Origin: Chloroflexota bacterium
Lineage (GTDB): Bacteria; Chloroflexota; UBA11872; UBA12225; JAJDUF01
Assembly: GCA_965238265.1 (NCBI GenBank)
Contig: OZ250185.1
Location: 2,973,255-3,037,254, forward strand
Length of the DNA stretch: 64,000 bases
Reading direction: 5' to 3'
Part shown: in pieces, positions 46,477 through 56,807 of the stretch
Layout of the letters: every line of letters begins with the position of its first letter
Position numbering within the stretch: the first letter of the stretch is position 1
Translations under genes and position numbers: made by a program
Notes under the pieces: generated by a model
Told to the model about the DNA's origin: nothing
The model's database searches: none
Seen by the model: only the letters and a program-made list of their open reading frames with translations

Positions 46477-48081
46477 TCAGCAGCCCGGCCAGCCATGAAA
46501 TCTGCTTTGGCCCAACTGTTCGATCAGCGTTTGGCGTGAGACGCGATTGAAGCTGACTCCGGCTTCTTCGAGCCGCTTGCGTAGCGTTGGGAGCAGACTG
46601 CCTTGCCGGTGTTGCCAGCTGTATGTCTCAATCAGCTTTGTACCATTTTGTCTATGGATGCCTCTCTTCCACTCGACACCTTTGGCGTAGCCCTTCCAAT
46701 TCAGCGGAGAGCGCCCCCTTTCGTCTAGTGCGAAGTGCTCAATGTAGATGTCGTGGTCGGGGAGGAAGAAGTCCGGCTGGTACTGACGGTGCCGCTGAGT
46801 CGCGGTCAACTCTTTGTACGGGTCCTCGTACCGGAAATTGATGCCGTGCTCTGTCAGGTAGTTCGCGATTAACAACTCTTCGAAGCTCTTGACGAGATCG
46901 CCGCTAAGAGTCCTCAAATCAACGCTCCGTATGTACTCATAATACTTGGCAGGGGTATCAAAGTCGAATGCTGAGTAATAGGATGCGCGATGGTAGGCTA
47001 TGAAGTTGGTTACAGAATCCGATTGCCGTGGATCATCTAATAGCTCATTGAGGCCATCTTGAACGGCTATCTTGAATGCAGTATCATCAAATGCGAGCTT
47101 CGATATGATAGGCGCAACCCCGGAATTGGCGATGACGCGGTGCCCGAAGGCATGGAAGGTAGAGACATCCACTGCCGATGAGAGGTCGCCCGGTAGCCGC
47201 TCCCGTATCTCCTCCGCTGCCTTACGGTTGAACGCCACCACGAGAATCTCGCATGGTGAGACGCCCTGATTGCGAACGAGATGGGCAACCTTGCCAACGA
47301 TGACCGCAGTCTTGCCCGTTCCTGCACCCGCGAGCACCAGTGTCACATCCTCATCTGTGGCAATGGCCTCGGCTTGTTCGTCCGTGAGAGGTCCCTGGAG
47401 CACCCGGCGCGCGGCGGATTGTACAACGGAGATGCTTTCCGATACGAAGCGCCTGTTCGCTTGCTCACGTGCCGCCTGGAATCCCTCAATGGATTCGAGC
47501 GATGCAAGCCGCTTGAGCGCCTCTTGTGCTCCTTGATCAAGATATTGTCGTGTGATCCTACTCCTGCGAGACTTCTGCACTGCCGACGCGAGATTGTCGT
47601 GAAACTCGCCGCCGTCGGAATGTCGAACATAGTGGTCGCCAGAAAGGAGCTGGCACCGTTTCCCATCCAGCTGTTTCAGAACCAGCCCCAATGCCTCAGC
47701 CCGCTTCTTACGCGCCGCCTCGGTCTTGGCCCGCTTCCTACGTAGTGCCTCGGCCTCAGCCCGTTTCTTGGCCTCAGCTTGCTTCCTGGCCTCAGCCTGC
47801 TCCCTAAGCACTGCATCGCGGATTCGTGTGGCTTCTTGCTTATCAAGTCCTCCGACCGAGCGCTGAATCCCGTCAGCTGTGCGGATCGTCAACTGGCTCC
47901 AGAACCAGGAGCGGCGAACAGTGATCGCGTCGATGGAGCCGACGGGTATCCGTTCAGAGGGCCAGTCGGAGGGCCCCTCAATGCGAAGTGCTTCACCGGT
48001 TAGCGAAACGCGCAGCAGCCCCACAAGGAAGCGGTGGAAGCCCTTACTCTCTGCGACAACCTGCTCATGTGGTTGTATCAC
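46477..48081 (-). CDS. UvrD/helicase-IV-like helicase, N-terminal half (PH-like N-domain, Lys/Ala/Glu-rich coiled coil, Walker A AGAGTGKT); frameshifted relative to 45143..46444
   Basis: Motif I LAGAGTGKTAVIV and motif Ia VAFNRKAA. The alternative frame across 46445-46480 reads ...SWLAGLLTTFLNQVKTSGLSFDELRAR..., joining the two ORFs. Confidence 0.7.
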   Translation of the reverse strand: MIQPHEQVVAESKGFHRFLVGLLRVSLTGEALRIEGPSDWPSERIPVGSIDAITVRRSWFWSQLTIRTADGIQRSVGGLDKQEATRIRDAVLREQAEARKQAEAKKRAEAEALRRKRAKTEAARKKRAEALGLVLKQLDGKRCQLLSGDHYVRHSDGGEFHDNLASAVQKSRRSRITRQYLDQGAQEALKRLASLESIEGFQAAREQANRRFVSESISVVQSAARRVLQGPLTDEQAEAIATDEDVTLVLAGAGTGKTAVIVGKVAHLVRNQGVSPCEILVVAFNRKAAEEIRERLPGDLSSAVDVSTFHAFGHRVIANSGVAPIISKLAFDDTAFKIAVQDGLNELLDDPRQSDSVTNFIAYHRASYYSAFDFDTPAKYYEYIRSVDLRTLSGDLVKSFEELLIANYLTEHGINFRYEDPYKELTATQRHRQYQPDFFLPDHDIYIEHFALDERGRSPLNWKGYAKGVEWKRGIHRQNGTKLIETYSWQHRQGSLLPTLRKRLEEAGVSFNRVSRQTLIEQLGQSRFHGWPGC

Positions 48082-48120
48082 AGTTCTACTTCAGACGATG
48101 CTGGCTAGCCAGCCCACCGC

Positions 48121-49230
48121 CTACGGCGCAATCAGGATGCGCGCCACCTCGCCGCGTTGCGCGGCCCACTCCGCGTCGGTGAAGGCGGCGTTGATCTGCT
48201 CCAGGGGGTAGCGGTGGGAGACCAGCCGGTCGAGCGGATAGCGGTGTTGGGCGCCGGACAGCCAGGCGAGCGCCCGTGGGAGCACCCAGCGGTCGTAGGA
48301 GAGCACGCCGAGCAGTTGCTTAGGCCGGCGCACGGCGTCGTGGGGGATGATCTCGGTGCTCACGTCCGGCACGATGTTGCCCATCATCAGGTAGCGCCCG
48401 CCGGGTCGCAGCAGCTCCAGCCCCTCTTGTACCACCGCCGGCACCCCGACGACTTCCACGCACACGTCGGCGCCCACCCCGCCGGTAAGCTCCCACACCG
48501 CCTCGACGCGCTCCTCTTTGGTCGTCTCCGCGACGTTAAGCGTGAGGTCGGCGCCGAAGTCGCGGGCGAGGTCCAGGCGCTGCGGAATGGCGTCAATGGA
48601 AACTACCTGTCCAGCGCCCATATCGCGCGCGACGGCCGCAGCATAGAGGCCCAAGCCGCCGGCGCCCTGCACCACCACCGTATCGCCGAGCCAGATACCG
48701 ATACGGTGCAAGCCGTAGATCACCTGCGAGAGCGCACAGTTCACCGGCGCCAGGAGGTCATCGGGGATGCCGTCGGGCACCTTGAACACCCACTGCCCGG
48801 GATGGAGCAGCATGTACTCGGCATAGGTGCCGAGGAAATGTGGCGGATCGTCAGCGCGCACGTGCGCCTTGAACTGATAGCGGTCGGGGCAGCCGGTGGT
48901 GCCGCTCAGGCAGAGCCAGCATTCGCCACACGGGACAAAGTAGGAGTACGCTACGCGGTCGCCGACGGCGAGCGGACGGCCGAGCGTATCGTGCTGCCGC
49001 TGCGTGCCGAGCGCCACCACGCGCCCGGTGCCTTCATGGCCGGGGATGCTCGGATAGGGCTGGAGCGGCGGGACTTCACCGCGCCAGATGTGCAGGTCGG
49101 AGCCGCACAGTCCGGCGACGGTCGTGCGGACCAAGATTCCGTCGGCTGACGGTGCGGGTACGGGGTACTCGCGCAGCTCTATCGGCTGGTCCGCGCTGAT
49201 GGCTACTGCTGCCCGGCCCATCGCTGTCAT
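48121..49230 (-). CDS. Zinc-dependent medium-chain alcohol/polyol dehydrogenase
   Basis: GHEGTG catalytic Zn motif, the structural Zn Cys cluster (CGECWLCLSGTTGC) and a GxGxxG-like VQGAGGLG. Confidence 0.8.
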   Translation of the reverse strand: MTAMGRAAVAISADQPIELREYPVPAPSADGILVRTTVAGLCGSDLHIWRGEVPPLQPYPSIPGHEGTGRVVALGTQRQHDTLGRPLAVGDRVAYSYFVPCGECWLCLSGTTGCPDRYQFKAHVRADDPPHFLGTYAEYMLLHPGQWVFKVPDGIPDDLLAPVNCALSQVIYGLHRIGIWLGDTVVVQGAGGLGLYAAAVARDMGAGQVVSIDAIPQRLDLARDFGADLTLNVAETTKEERVEAVWELTGGVGADVCVEVVGVPAVVQEGLELLRPGGRYLMMGNIVPDVSTEIIPHDAVRRPKQLLGVLSYDRWVLPRALAWLSGAQHRYPLDRLVSHRYPLEQINAAFTDAEWAAQRGEVARILIAP

Positions 49231-49369
49231 CCGACCCTCCTCCATATTATGGTCCCCCTATGGCCCCCCGCTCCGCAGGGGGACGGACCATTCCCTCCCC
49301 TGTCGCAACGGGGGAGGGCTAGGGTGGGGGCAGTGGTAGCCCCGGCACGACTCCGTAACGGCTGTGGCG

Positions 49370-49768
49370 CTACTCCTGGCCCGGCGTGCCCTCGTAGGTC
49401 ACCATCTGCCGCGCCGGGTCCGAATAGATGATGACCATACGGGCCGTCGTCGCGCTCGTGTTGCGAGCGTCGTGCTGTGCGCCGGCTGGCACCCGGATCG
49501 CTTGCCCCGGCTGCATCCGATAGACCGCGCCCTCCAGGCTGTGGTCCAGCTCCCCTTCGATCAGGTAGAGCAGCTCTTCACAGTTGGGGTGGGCATGGAG
49601 CGGGTTCTTTTGTCCCGGCGCGATCTCGACGTAGCCCAGCGTTTGCTCCGCACCCGGCGCCAGCTCGCCATTGAACAGCCATTCGATGGCGCCCCAGGCG
49701 AACTCGGCCAGCTGCCCGGACCCTCTGCTGGCCAGAATACCCGGTGCCGGTTGGTTAGGTGTTGTCAT
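49370..49768 (-). CDS. Cupin domain protein
   Basis: Cupin motifs G(x)5HxH(x)3-4E(x)6G: [17 protein letters not shown] and PAGAQH. Confidence 0.7.
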   Translation of the reverse strand: MTTPNQPAPGILASRGSGQLAEFAWGAIEWLFNGELAPGAEQTLGYVEIAPGQKNPLHAHPNCEELLYLIEGELDHSLEGAVYRMQPGQAIRVPAGAQHDARNTSATTARMVIIYSDPARQMVTYEGTPGQE

Positions 49769-49970
49769 GGGCCGGTCTCCTTCCTCACTCCCACGGCGCA
49801 GCGCGTCGCGCGCGGCACTGCCCGCATTCTACCCGATGGCGTTGCGGCTTCCGGCTCCGGATCGGGCAGCGCTTCTCTTGACACGAGCGGGGGCGCTTGC
49901 TATTCTTGAGTTTATCGCGCGATTTAGTGTTGTTTGCCGACACCGGCGATCCCAGAGAGAGGAAGCGAAG

Positions 49971-50465
49971 ATGGCCGTTCTTGACGAACTGCTCGCTGCC
50001 AACGAGGGCTATGCGGCGGGCTTCACCAAAGGGGACTTGCCCATGCCACCGGGCCGGCAGGTGGCCGTGCTCACGTGCATGGACGCTCGGCTGGACCCGG
50101 CGCAGTTCCTGGGGCTGGAAGAAGGGGACGCGCACGTCATCCGCAACGCTGGCGGGCGTGCCAGCGAGGACGCCATCCGCTCGCTGACCATCTCCCACAA
50201 GCTGCTCGGCACGCGCGAGTTTGTGGTGATCCACCATACCAACTGCGGGATGGAGACGTTCACCAATGAGCAGCTCCGCGAGCAGCTGGGCCGCGACCTC
50301 GGGGCTGACGCTTCAACCGTCGAGTTTCTGCCTTTTACCGATCTGGACGAGAGCGTGCGGCAGGACGTGGAGACGATCCGCTCGTCGCCGTTCATTCCGC
50401 AGGACATTCCGGTGAGCGGGTACGTCTACGACGTGGGCAGCGGCCGTCTCCGCGCGGTGTGCTGA
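49971..50465 (+). CDS. Beta-class carbonic anhydrase
   Basis: CMDAR zinc-ligand motif plus the HTNCG second ligand block. Confidence 0.8.
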   Translation: MAVLDELLAANEGYAAGFTKGDLPMPPGRQVAVLTCMDARLDPAQFLGLEEGDAHVIRNAGGRASEDAIRSLTISHKLLGTREFVVIHHTNCGMETFTNEQLREQLGRDLGADASTVEFLPFTDLDESVRQDVETIRSSPFIPQDIPVSGYVYDVGSGRLRAVC

Positions 50466-50550
50466 CGCCGGGAGACGGCGTGTTCCCTCCCCTGTCGCAA
50501 CGGGGAAGGGCGAGGGTGGGGGCCAGGGAGGACAGCCGGAGGGTGAGGAG

Positions 50551-51114
50551 CTACTGCACCATGCCATACCGTTTGTTCTGCGCCGTCATCTTCAGGAAAT
50601 ACCGCAATCGCTGCTCGAAAATCTCCGGGCGTGCCCTCGCACCCTCGATAAAGGCGATGCGGATTCTCTTGTAGGAGTCGGGAAATCCCTGAAAGTTCTG
50701 CCACTTCTCCCGGTCTTGCTGCAGCGCCTGCACGATGTCCGGGGCAACCACCAACGGTGTTGGCTGCTCTTCCGCGTCGAAGACGTGCTTGATGGCGGCA
50801 AGCCCGACAGCGGTCATCTTATCCTGCTCCAGGAGACGACGCACCCGTTCCCGGTTCATCGCCGACAGGTTGCTTTTGGGCTTTCTGGGAGTAAATCTCT
50901 GGGCATATTTATTTTCATCTATGCCCTTGACGATACTATCTATCCAGCCGTAGCACAGCGCTTCTTCAACGGCGTCGTTATAGGGTATTCTCGGTTCCCC
51001 GGACCCTTTCTTGTAGTAGATCAGCCATATTTCCTCCTCCTGGTCGTGATACTCGGCCAGCCAAGCACGCCATTGCTCTCTGTCGGTGACGTAGAGTGTT
51101 TTTCCTAGCTCCAT
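50551..51114 (-). CDS. YdeI/OmpD-associated (bacteriocin-protection-like, PF13376) family protein; lower-GC gene
   Basis: The conserved C-terminal block ...AQRFTPRKPKS...RIRIAFIEGARARPE... is typical of YdeI-like proteins. Confidence 0.55.
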   Translation of the reverse strand: MELGKTLYVTDREQWRAWLAEYHDQEEEIWLIYYKKGSGEPRIPYNDAVEEALCYGWIDSIVKGIDENKYAQRFTPRKPKSNLSAMNRERVRRLLEQDKMTAVGLAAIKHVFDAEEQPTPLVVAPDIVQALQQDREKWQNFQGFPDSYKRIRIAFIEGARARPEIFEQRLRYFLKMTAQNKRYGMVQ

Positions 51115-51261
51115 CGGTCAAATCCTCTATCCACGTAGACCCCGGTTGACAGATTCCGCGCTTCACAGTCCCCGGCATAGCGCGCGAGCGCCGGGCGCTG
51201 GCCCACCGGACCACCCGTGTTCAATAACGCAGGTGGGACCGTGCTGGCCCGCTGCGGCGCT

Positions 51262-52500
51262 CTACGCCAGCACCCGGCGCAGGGGAGCAGACAGGGGCAC
51301 GACGGTCAGCACGACCGCAGCCAGGAGGGCGAACGCCGTCGTCAAGCCCAGCAGGTCGGCAGCCACGCCAAAGATCGCGGGTGCCAACGCCGCTGCGGCC
51401 AGGACACCGGTGTAGAAGAGACCATAGCCGCGCGAGCGGCGTTCCGGCTCGATCAGCCCGGCCGTCGCCGCGTAGAGCACGGACGAGGTGCCGTTCAGCG
51501 CAAAGCCGAAGACCAGCGCCAGCGGCGCCAGGGCCGGCCCCGACAGGAGGATGAAGAGGATCATCGCCGCGGCGGTCAGAGCTTCCGTCGCCCAGATCAG
51601 TCGCACGGAGCCAATGCGATCACCTAACCACCCACAGAAGAATTTGCCCGCCGCCCCGCCAGCGAAGATCAAAGCATAGAGGCCACTGATCGCGGCGCCG
51701 TCCAGTCCGTGTGCCGTGAGTATGAAGGGCAGCAACGCCAACCCGGCGCCCCGTCCTACGCCGTCTACCATGCCGACGGCCGTGAGCAGTGCAAACGACC
51801 GCGGCGCCGCGATCCCCCAGCCCTCGTGTGGCCGCCCGGCCCGCGGCTGCGCGGCCCGGCGAGCGGGTACCCAGGCGACGGATCGCGTCACCTGGGTACG
51901 GCCGGCGAGCGTCGCCAGCGAGCAGACCAGCCCGACCGCCGCCAGAGCACCGAGCACCGCCCGCCAGCCGTAGGTCACGCCGATAATGCCGGCCAGGGCC
52001 GGTCCGGCGAGCTTACCGAGGTCCCCGGCGAAGTTGAGCGTGCCGACGGCCGAGCCGCGTCCGCTCCGTTCGTAGGCCCGCGAGACTAGCCCGGTCGCCA
52101 GTGGGTGCTGCGGGCCACCACCGATGCCCCCGACCACGGCTGCGCCGAGCAGGACCGGATACGTTGGCGCTAGGGCCATCGCTACCAGTCCGCCGGCCAT
52201 CCAGGCGTTGCCGCCGACGAGCAGGCCCAGCTCCGCTCCTACGGTCAGGTGTTCTGCCAGGAGCCCCATTGGTAGCTGGAACAGGCTGGCAGCACCGGAA
52301 AAAGCGGCCTTGAGCAGGCCAATCTGCCCATAACTCAACTGCAAATCGGCGGCGATGAGCGGGAGCAGGGGATAGACAATCGCAATGTAGGCATCGTTGA
52401 CAATGTGCAGCACCGAGGTTGTGGTGAGCGTGGTCATGGCCGGCGACCAGCGCCGGGTGAGCGCGACAAGCCGCGGCGGGCGCAACCTTTCTCTCAACAC
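51262..52500 (-). CDS. MFS transporter
   Basis: 12-TM profile with MFS motifs between TM2 and TM3. Confidence 0.75.
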   Translation of the reverse strand: MLRERLRPPRLVALTRRWSPAMTTLTTTSVLHIVNDAYIAIVYPLLPLIAADLQLSYGQIGLLKAAFSGAASLFQLPMGLLAEHLTVGAELGLLVGGNAWMAGGLVAMALAPTYPVLLGAAVVGGIGGGPQHPLATGLVSRAYERSGRGSAVGTLNFAGDLGKLAGPALAGIIGVTYGWRAVLGALAAVGLVCSLATLAGRTQVTRSVAWVPARRAAQPRAGRPHEGWGIAAPRSFALLTAVGMVDGVGRGAGLALLPFILTAHGLDGAAISGLYALIFAGGAAGKFFCGWLGDRIGSVRLIWATEALTAAAMILFILLSGPALAPLALVFGFALNGTSSVLYAATAGLIEPERRSRGYGLFYTGVLAAAALAPAIFGVAADLLGLTTAFALLAAVVLTVVPLSAPLRRVLA

Positions 52501-52812
52501 CGATCTCTGCCTCTACCGCTACAACCTCAGATACAGTGGAGGTCCGTGCCACGCCGTAGGGGCGCAGCACGCTGTAGCGCTGTCCCCCTGCGAAGCGGGG
52601 GGGCCATAGGGGGGCCAGGCCGCTGCCTCACCCCTCTCCCACAGGGAAAGGGGGCCTGGATTCCCGCGTTCGCGGGAATGGCGGACGAGACGGCCCAATG
52701 ACGATGCCCCCGCCAGCCTCCGCCGCGCCCCCCCTCTCTATCGCTCGGCGATGGGGAGGGGGTCAGGGGGTGGGGCCTGCCCCGGCCCTCCCCCTTATGT
52801 CAGCATCACAAT

Positions 52813-53460
52813 CTAGGCAGTCACCTTCCAGGCCACGCTCAGACCCTCGCCAACCGGGAGGATCGTGCCCAGGAGCCGGGGATCGGTGGCGACGAGCCGG
52901 TTGTAGCGCCGCAGCGCCCGCACCGACTCGGACGACACCGCCTCATCGTACACCGCGACCCGGGGACCGAGCGTCAGCACGTTGTCCGCCAGGATCAATC
53001 CACCCGGCCGCACGAGGCGCAGCGCCTCCTCAAGGTAGGCGGGATACGGCGGCTTGTCGGCGTCAATGAAGACCGCATCCACACTTTCGTCGGCACGGGC
53101 CGCTAGCGTCTCGCGGGCGTCGCCGACCGTCACCGTGACCCGCTCGGCCACCCCGGCCTGCCGGAAGTGGGCGCGGGCCATCGCTGCGCGCTGCGGATCG
53201 AGCTCTAGGGTCTCCAGGTGACCGTCTGCGGGCAAACCACGGGCGATCCAGATGGCCGAGTAGCCGGTGCAGGTGCCGATCTCCAGCACTCGCCGCGCGC
53301 CGATCAGGCGACACAGGAGCTGAAGCACCTGTCCGGCTTCCGGCGCAATCGCCGGGACACCCAGCTCCCGCGCCTTCGCACCGATTGTCCGCAGGGCGTC
53401 GTCCTGCACCACGACCTGCCGGCGCAGGTAGCGAGTAATGTCTGCATTGAGATACATCAT
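52813..53460 (-). CDS. Class I SAM-dependent O-methyltransferase (caffeoyl-CoA OMT-like)
   Basis: VLEIGTCTGYSAIW SAM-binding motif and FIDADKPPYPAYLEEALRLVRPGGLILADNVL. Confidence 0.8.
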   Translation of the reverse strand: MMYLNADITRYLRRQVVVQDDALRTIGAKARELGVPAIAPEAGQVLQLLCRLIGARRVLEIGTCTGYSAIWIARGLPADGHLETLELDPQRAAMARAHFRQAGVAERVTVTVGDARETLAARADESVDAVFIDADKPPYPAYLEEALRLVRPGGLILADNVLTLGPRVAVYDEAVSSESVRALRRYNRLVATDPRLLGTILPVGEGLSVAWKVTA

Positions 53461-53746
53461 GCTCTCCTCCGATGGTCCGATGGGGCCGCGCTCCTCCGGT
53501 GCTGGCTTGACGTGTGCAGGCAAATAACGTATCGTTCACTCAGGATACACACCTGCTCCCGCGCCTGCGTAGTTGGTGCGGTCCCTAGGCCGGGTACGGC
53601 CCGTACATTGAAGCAGGTGACTACGCCAGTTGCAGGAGGTGATTGGGCACAAGGCACGCTCGCAAGACTGCATACTTGTTCTAGTCTGCTCAAACCTCTT
53701 GCGGAGGTATTGTCGAGCAGATACAGGAGTTCAGGAGGAAAACATC

Positions 53747-55255
53747 GTGGCAGAGATCACGCGCAGAAGGTATATCGGTGGCGCCAGCGCCTTGCTTGGT
53801 GGCCTGTTGGCCGTCGCCTGTGGCGAAGTGGAAGTCCGCTACGTCCAGGGGCCAGCAGGGCCAGCAGGGGCAACAGGCTCCCAGGGTACGCGCGGTGCGA
53901 CCGGCTCCCAGGGCGTCGAGGGTACATCCGGCGCTGCGGGCAAGACCATCGTCGTGGACAAGCCGGTCACGCAGATCGTCGAGAAGACGATCGTGGCTGC
54001 ACCCACCAGGAAGGTCACCATGTGGACCGGGTTCTGGCGCGGTGGCAACATGAGCGACCGCGGCACCGGCTGGACCGATCTGACCAACCGGTGGAATGCC
54101 GAGAACGAGAACATCACCTTCGTGCTCCAGCCGGTGGCCGGCCAAGGCAACAACACCGACGAGAAGATCATCTCCAACTACGCCGCGGGCACCCCGCCCG
54201 ATCTGGTGCATACCGCCTATTGGAGCGGTGGCGTCTACGGCGTCCGCGACATGCTCCCCGAGCTGATGGAGACCTACATCAAGCACGACAAAGAGTACGC
54301 CGATTCGATGGACGACTTCTTCCCCCATCTGCTGGAGTCGAGCATGTGGCAGGGCAAGCTGTGGAGCCTGCCGCAGGAAACCAACGCCGACCTGCCCTAC
54401 ACCAACCTGGCGATGGTGCGGGAAGCCGGCCTGGACAAGCTCCAGCTCGGCTACACCTGGGACGACTTCGTGGACTATGCGGGGACGATTCAGAGGAGCC
54501 TGGGGCCGGGCAAAGAGTCGGGCAAGTGGGCGATGGGCCACATGCTGAACGTGGTGGTGTGGTGGAACCTGGTCTTCCAGGCCGGGGGCCAGCTCTTCAA
54601 CGAGGATCGCACCAAGCTCGTGCTCGATTCTCCGGAGGCGCTCGAAGCGTTGGAGTTCGTCTCGGACGTGCATCACAAGCATCAGGTCGCGGTGCCGCAC
54701 GGGAGCTACTACGAGGACACCGGCAAAGAGCGACCGAGCTTCCGCAAGGGGCAGATTGCCATGTTCTACGAGACGAGCGCCTCGCGCTTGGTCTCCTGGG
54801 CGCAAGACATCGGCGGCTTGGACAACATGTACGTGTCACCGTCGCCCACGAAGAAGCGACCGTTCGTGGCAACGTTCGGCCAGAACACCTACCTGTTCAA
54901 GACGAACACCCAGCAGCAGGAAGCTGCTTGGCAGGTGATGCGCTGGCTGACCAGCACGGATGCGGCGGCGCACTACGCGGCGGTCACGATGTTCCTGCCG
55001 CCACGGAAGTCGGTGCTCACGCATCCCGAGTATCAGGCGGTGCGCGAGCGCGTACCGCAGTTCGAGACCTTCGTGGATGGCTTGAACTATGCCTTCCGGC
55101 CGTTCCATCCCACGCTCCCCTCCATGTTTGGCGGGATTGGTGAGCTGCTCGGGGAGGCCGGCAAGAACCCGGGTCTCAACCTGAAGGACGGTCTTGAGGA
55201 GATGGTGCGGGTCGAGAACGCCAGGCTGGCCAAGTGGACCGCGGATAACGCCTAG
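53747..55255 (+). CDS. ABC-transporter extracellular solute-binding lipoprotein (family 1, sugar type) with an N-terminal collagen-like Gly-X-Y tether
   Basis: GTG start after the RBS aggagg. The Tat-like/lipoprotein leader is RRRYIGGASALLGGLLAVAC. Eleven consecutive G-X-Y triplets (GPAGPAGATGSQGTRGATGSQGVEGTSGAAGKT) are followed by an SBP fold. Confidence 0.75.
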   Translation: MAEITRRRYIGGASALLGGLLAVACGEVEVRYVQGPAGPAGATGSQGTRGATGSQGVEGTSGAAGKTIVVDKPVTQIVEKTIVAAPTRKVTMWTGFWRGGNMSDRGTGWTDLTNRWNAENENITFVLQPVAGQGNNTDEKIISNYAAGTPPDLVHTAYWSGGVYGVRDMLPELMETYIKHDKEYADSMDDFFPHLLESSMWQGKLWSLPQETNADLPYTNLAMVREAGLDKLQLGYTWDDFVDYAGTIQRSLGPGKESGKWAMGHMLNVVVWWNLVFQAGGQLFNEDRTKLVLDSPEALEALEFVSDVHHKHQVAVPHGSYYEDTGKERPSFRKGQIAMFYETSASRLVSWAQDIGGLDNMYVSPSPTKKRPFVATFGQNTYLFKTNTQQQEAAWQVMRWLTSTDAAAHYAAVTMFLPPRKSVLTHPEYQAVRERVPQFETFVDGLNYAFRPFHPTLPSMFGGIGELLGEAGKNPGLNLKDGLEEMVRVENARLAKWTADNA

Positions 55256-55570
55256 TTGAGGCCGGAGTAGCCGCCCACGGCGGCTCAGTTGGATCGTCGG
55301 GCCGCCCGGCGGCTCGAATACAAAGGTTGCACAGGAGCCATCGAGTTCCTGTGCAACCTTCTTTTTCTCCCCTCACCCACAAGTGGCTAGTGGTCAGTAG
55401 AGAGGAGCAGTGCGGCGAGGACCGGCGCCGCCCGTCCCCCTGCGAAGCGGGGGGACCGTAGGGGGGCCAGCATTGCACAGGAGAGGGGACAATCGCCGGT
55501 ATGTTGCCAACTGCCGCGCACTCCCTCTCCCCGTGGGAGAGGGCCGGGGTGAGGGCTGAGGCCCGCCGCC

Positions 55571-56776
55571 CTAGCCCTCCAGCCGGAAGAAGCTCCCGGC
55601 GATGTGGCGGGTGCCCCCAAAGCCGTTCCCGTCGTCCTCCATGAAGTAGTAGGCCGTGAAGATACGCCCGTCGTCGAGTTGCGTCGCGACCGGATACCCC
55701 AAGTCACCGCCGCTACCGTCCGCCCGCACAATCGCCTCCGCCGACCAGGTGGCGCCCTCGTCCTCGCTGACAATCAGCCCGATCCCGGTAGGTGGCTTGC
55801 GCCGCGCGAAGATCACCACGATCCGCCCGTCCCGCAGCCGCATCGGCCACGGCGAGCGGTAGTGGACACCGCTGCGGGCCACCTGCGGGGGACGCCGCGC
55901 CGCCCACGGCGATTGCCCCCACGCCACAATCGGCTTAGGATCGCTCCAGCTTGCCCCACCGTCATCGGAGTAGGCCAGCTGGATCGCATTACGAACCCCG
56001 CCGATGTTGAGCATGTAGCACTGCAAGCGTCCGCCCGGAAGCAGCAGCAGGCCGGCATAGGTGGGACGTCCCACGCCGGTAGGGTCGCGCGCCACCTCCG
56101 CCACGTACTCCCAAGTGAGACCATTGTCATCGGAGCCGAAGACGCCCACGCCACCGGGCATCCCGCCACTGTCGCGGTCGGCGGTCATCGCCATCGTCAT
56201 CACGCCCATCAACGTGCCGTCGGGGAACTGCACCAACGGGTGAGCGTCGCGGTGCAGCCCCCCGCCGTGCGGACTCGTCACCCGCGTAGGCACGGTCTCC
56301 CACGTGCGGCCGCGGTCCCCGGAGCGGAACGCGAAGCATTCCAGGGTAGGCTGACCGCCCGGACCGGGCGGCCCGGTGGCCGGGCGCGGAAAGTACACGG
56401 CGGCATCCGGGCTGGTGAGGTCAATCTGCTCACGGGCCACTCCCGGCTCATCGGCCCGCTGCAAGGTCGCGCGTTTCTCCTCCAGCGGCAGCGACTCGTC
56501 CCAGACCACGATGTCGTGCTCCCGCGGCCAGGTCTCGCCGTGATCGAACGAGCGCTGGAGCAGAATCTTGGCGCGGCTGGCGTAGCCATTCCAGAAGGAG
56601 TGGCTAATGTCGGTCAGCACCTCGTAGCGGGAGGGCGCGTGCGCGTGCAAGACCGCCAGCTCACCGTTCCCGTAGTTGAAGATGCCACTTTGCCGGGGAT
56701 GCCCGCAGTAGCGCTCTTTGCTGTAGCACAGCTTGGTGTGGCGCACATCCGTCAGCACTGGGTTAGCGCGTTGCAT
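55571..56776 (-). CDS. Intracellular BNR/Asp-box repeat sialidase-fold protein (exo-alpha-sialidase-like), paralog 1
   Basis: Four SxDxGxTW Asp-boxes (SGDRGRTW, SDDNGLTW, SDDGGASW, SEDEGATW). No signal peptide. Confidence 0.75.
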   Translation of the reverse strand: MQRANPVLTDVRHTKLCYSKERYCGHPRQSGIFNYGNGELAVLHAHAPSRYEVLTDISHSFWNGYASRAKILLQRSFDHGETWPREHDIVVWDESLPLEEKRATLQRADEPGVAREQIDLTSPDAAVYFPRPATGPPGPGGQPTLECFAFRSGDRGRTWETVPTRVTSPHGGGLHRDAHPLVQFPDGTLMGVMTMAMTADRDSGGMPGGVGVFGSDDNGLTWEYVAEVARDPTGVGRPTYAGLLLLPGGRLQCYMLNIGGVRNAIQLAYSDDGGASWSDPKPIVAWGQSPWAARRPPQVARSGVHYRSPWPMRLRDGRIVVIFARRKPPTGIGLIVSEDEGATWSAEAIVRADGSGGDLGYPVATQLDDGRIFTAYYFMEDDGNGFGGTRHIAGSFFRLEG

Positions 56777-56807
56777 CGTGTTTCCCCTCCGATCTTATGC
56801 TGTGGCC

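Noticed and set aside
53218-55143. 641-aa + strand ORF and 371-aa - strand ORF (53690..54805)
   Set aside because: Out-of-frame or antisense shadows of the solute-binding lipoprotein gene (53747..55255), which has a clear RBS, a lipoprotein leader and the SBP fold. The shadows are RG-rich gibberish.
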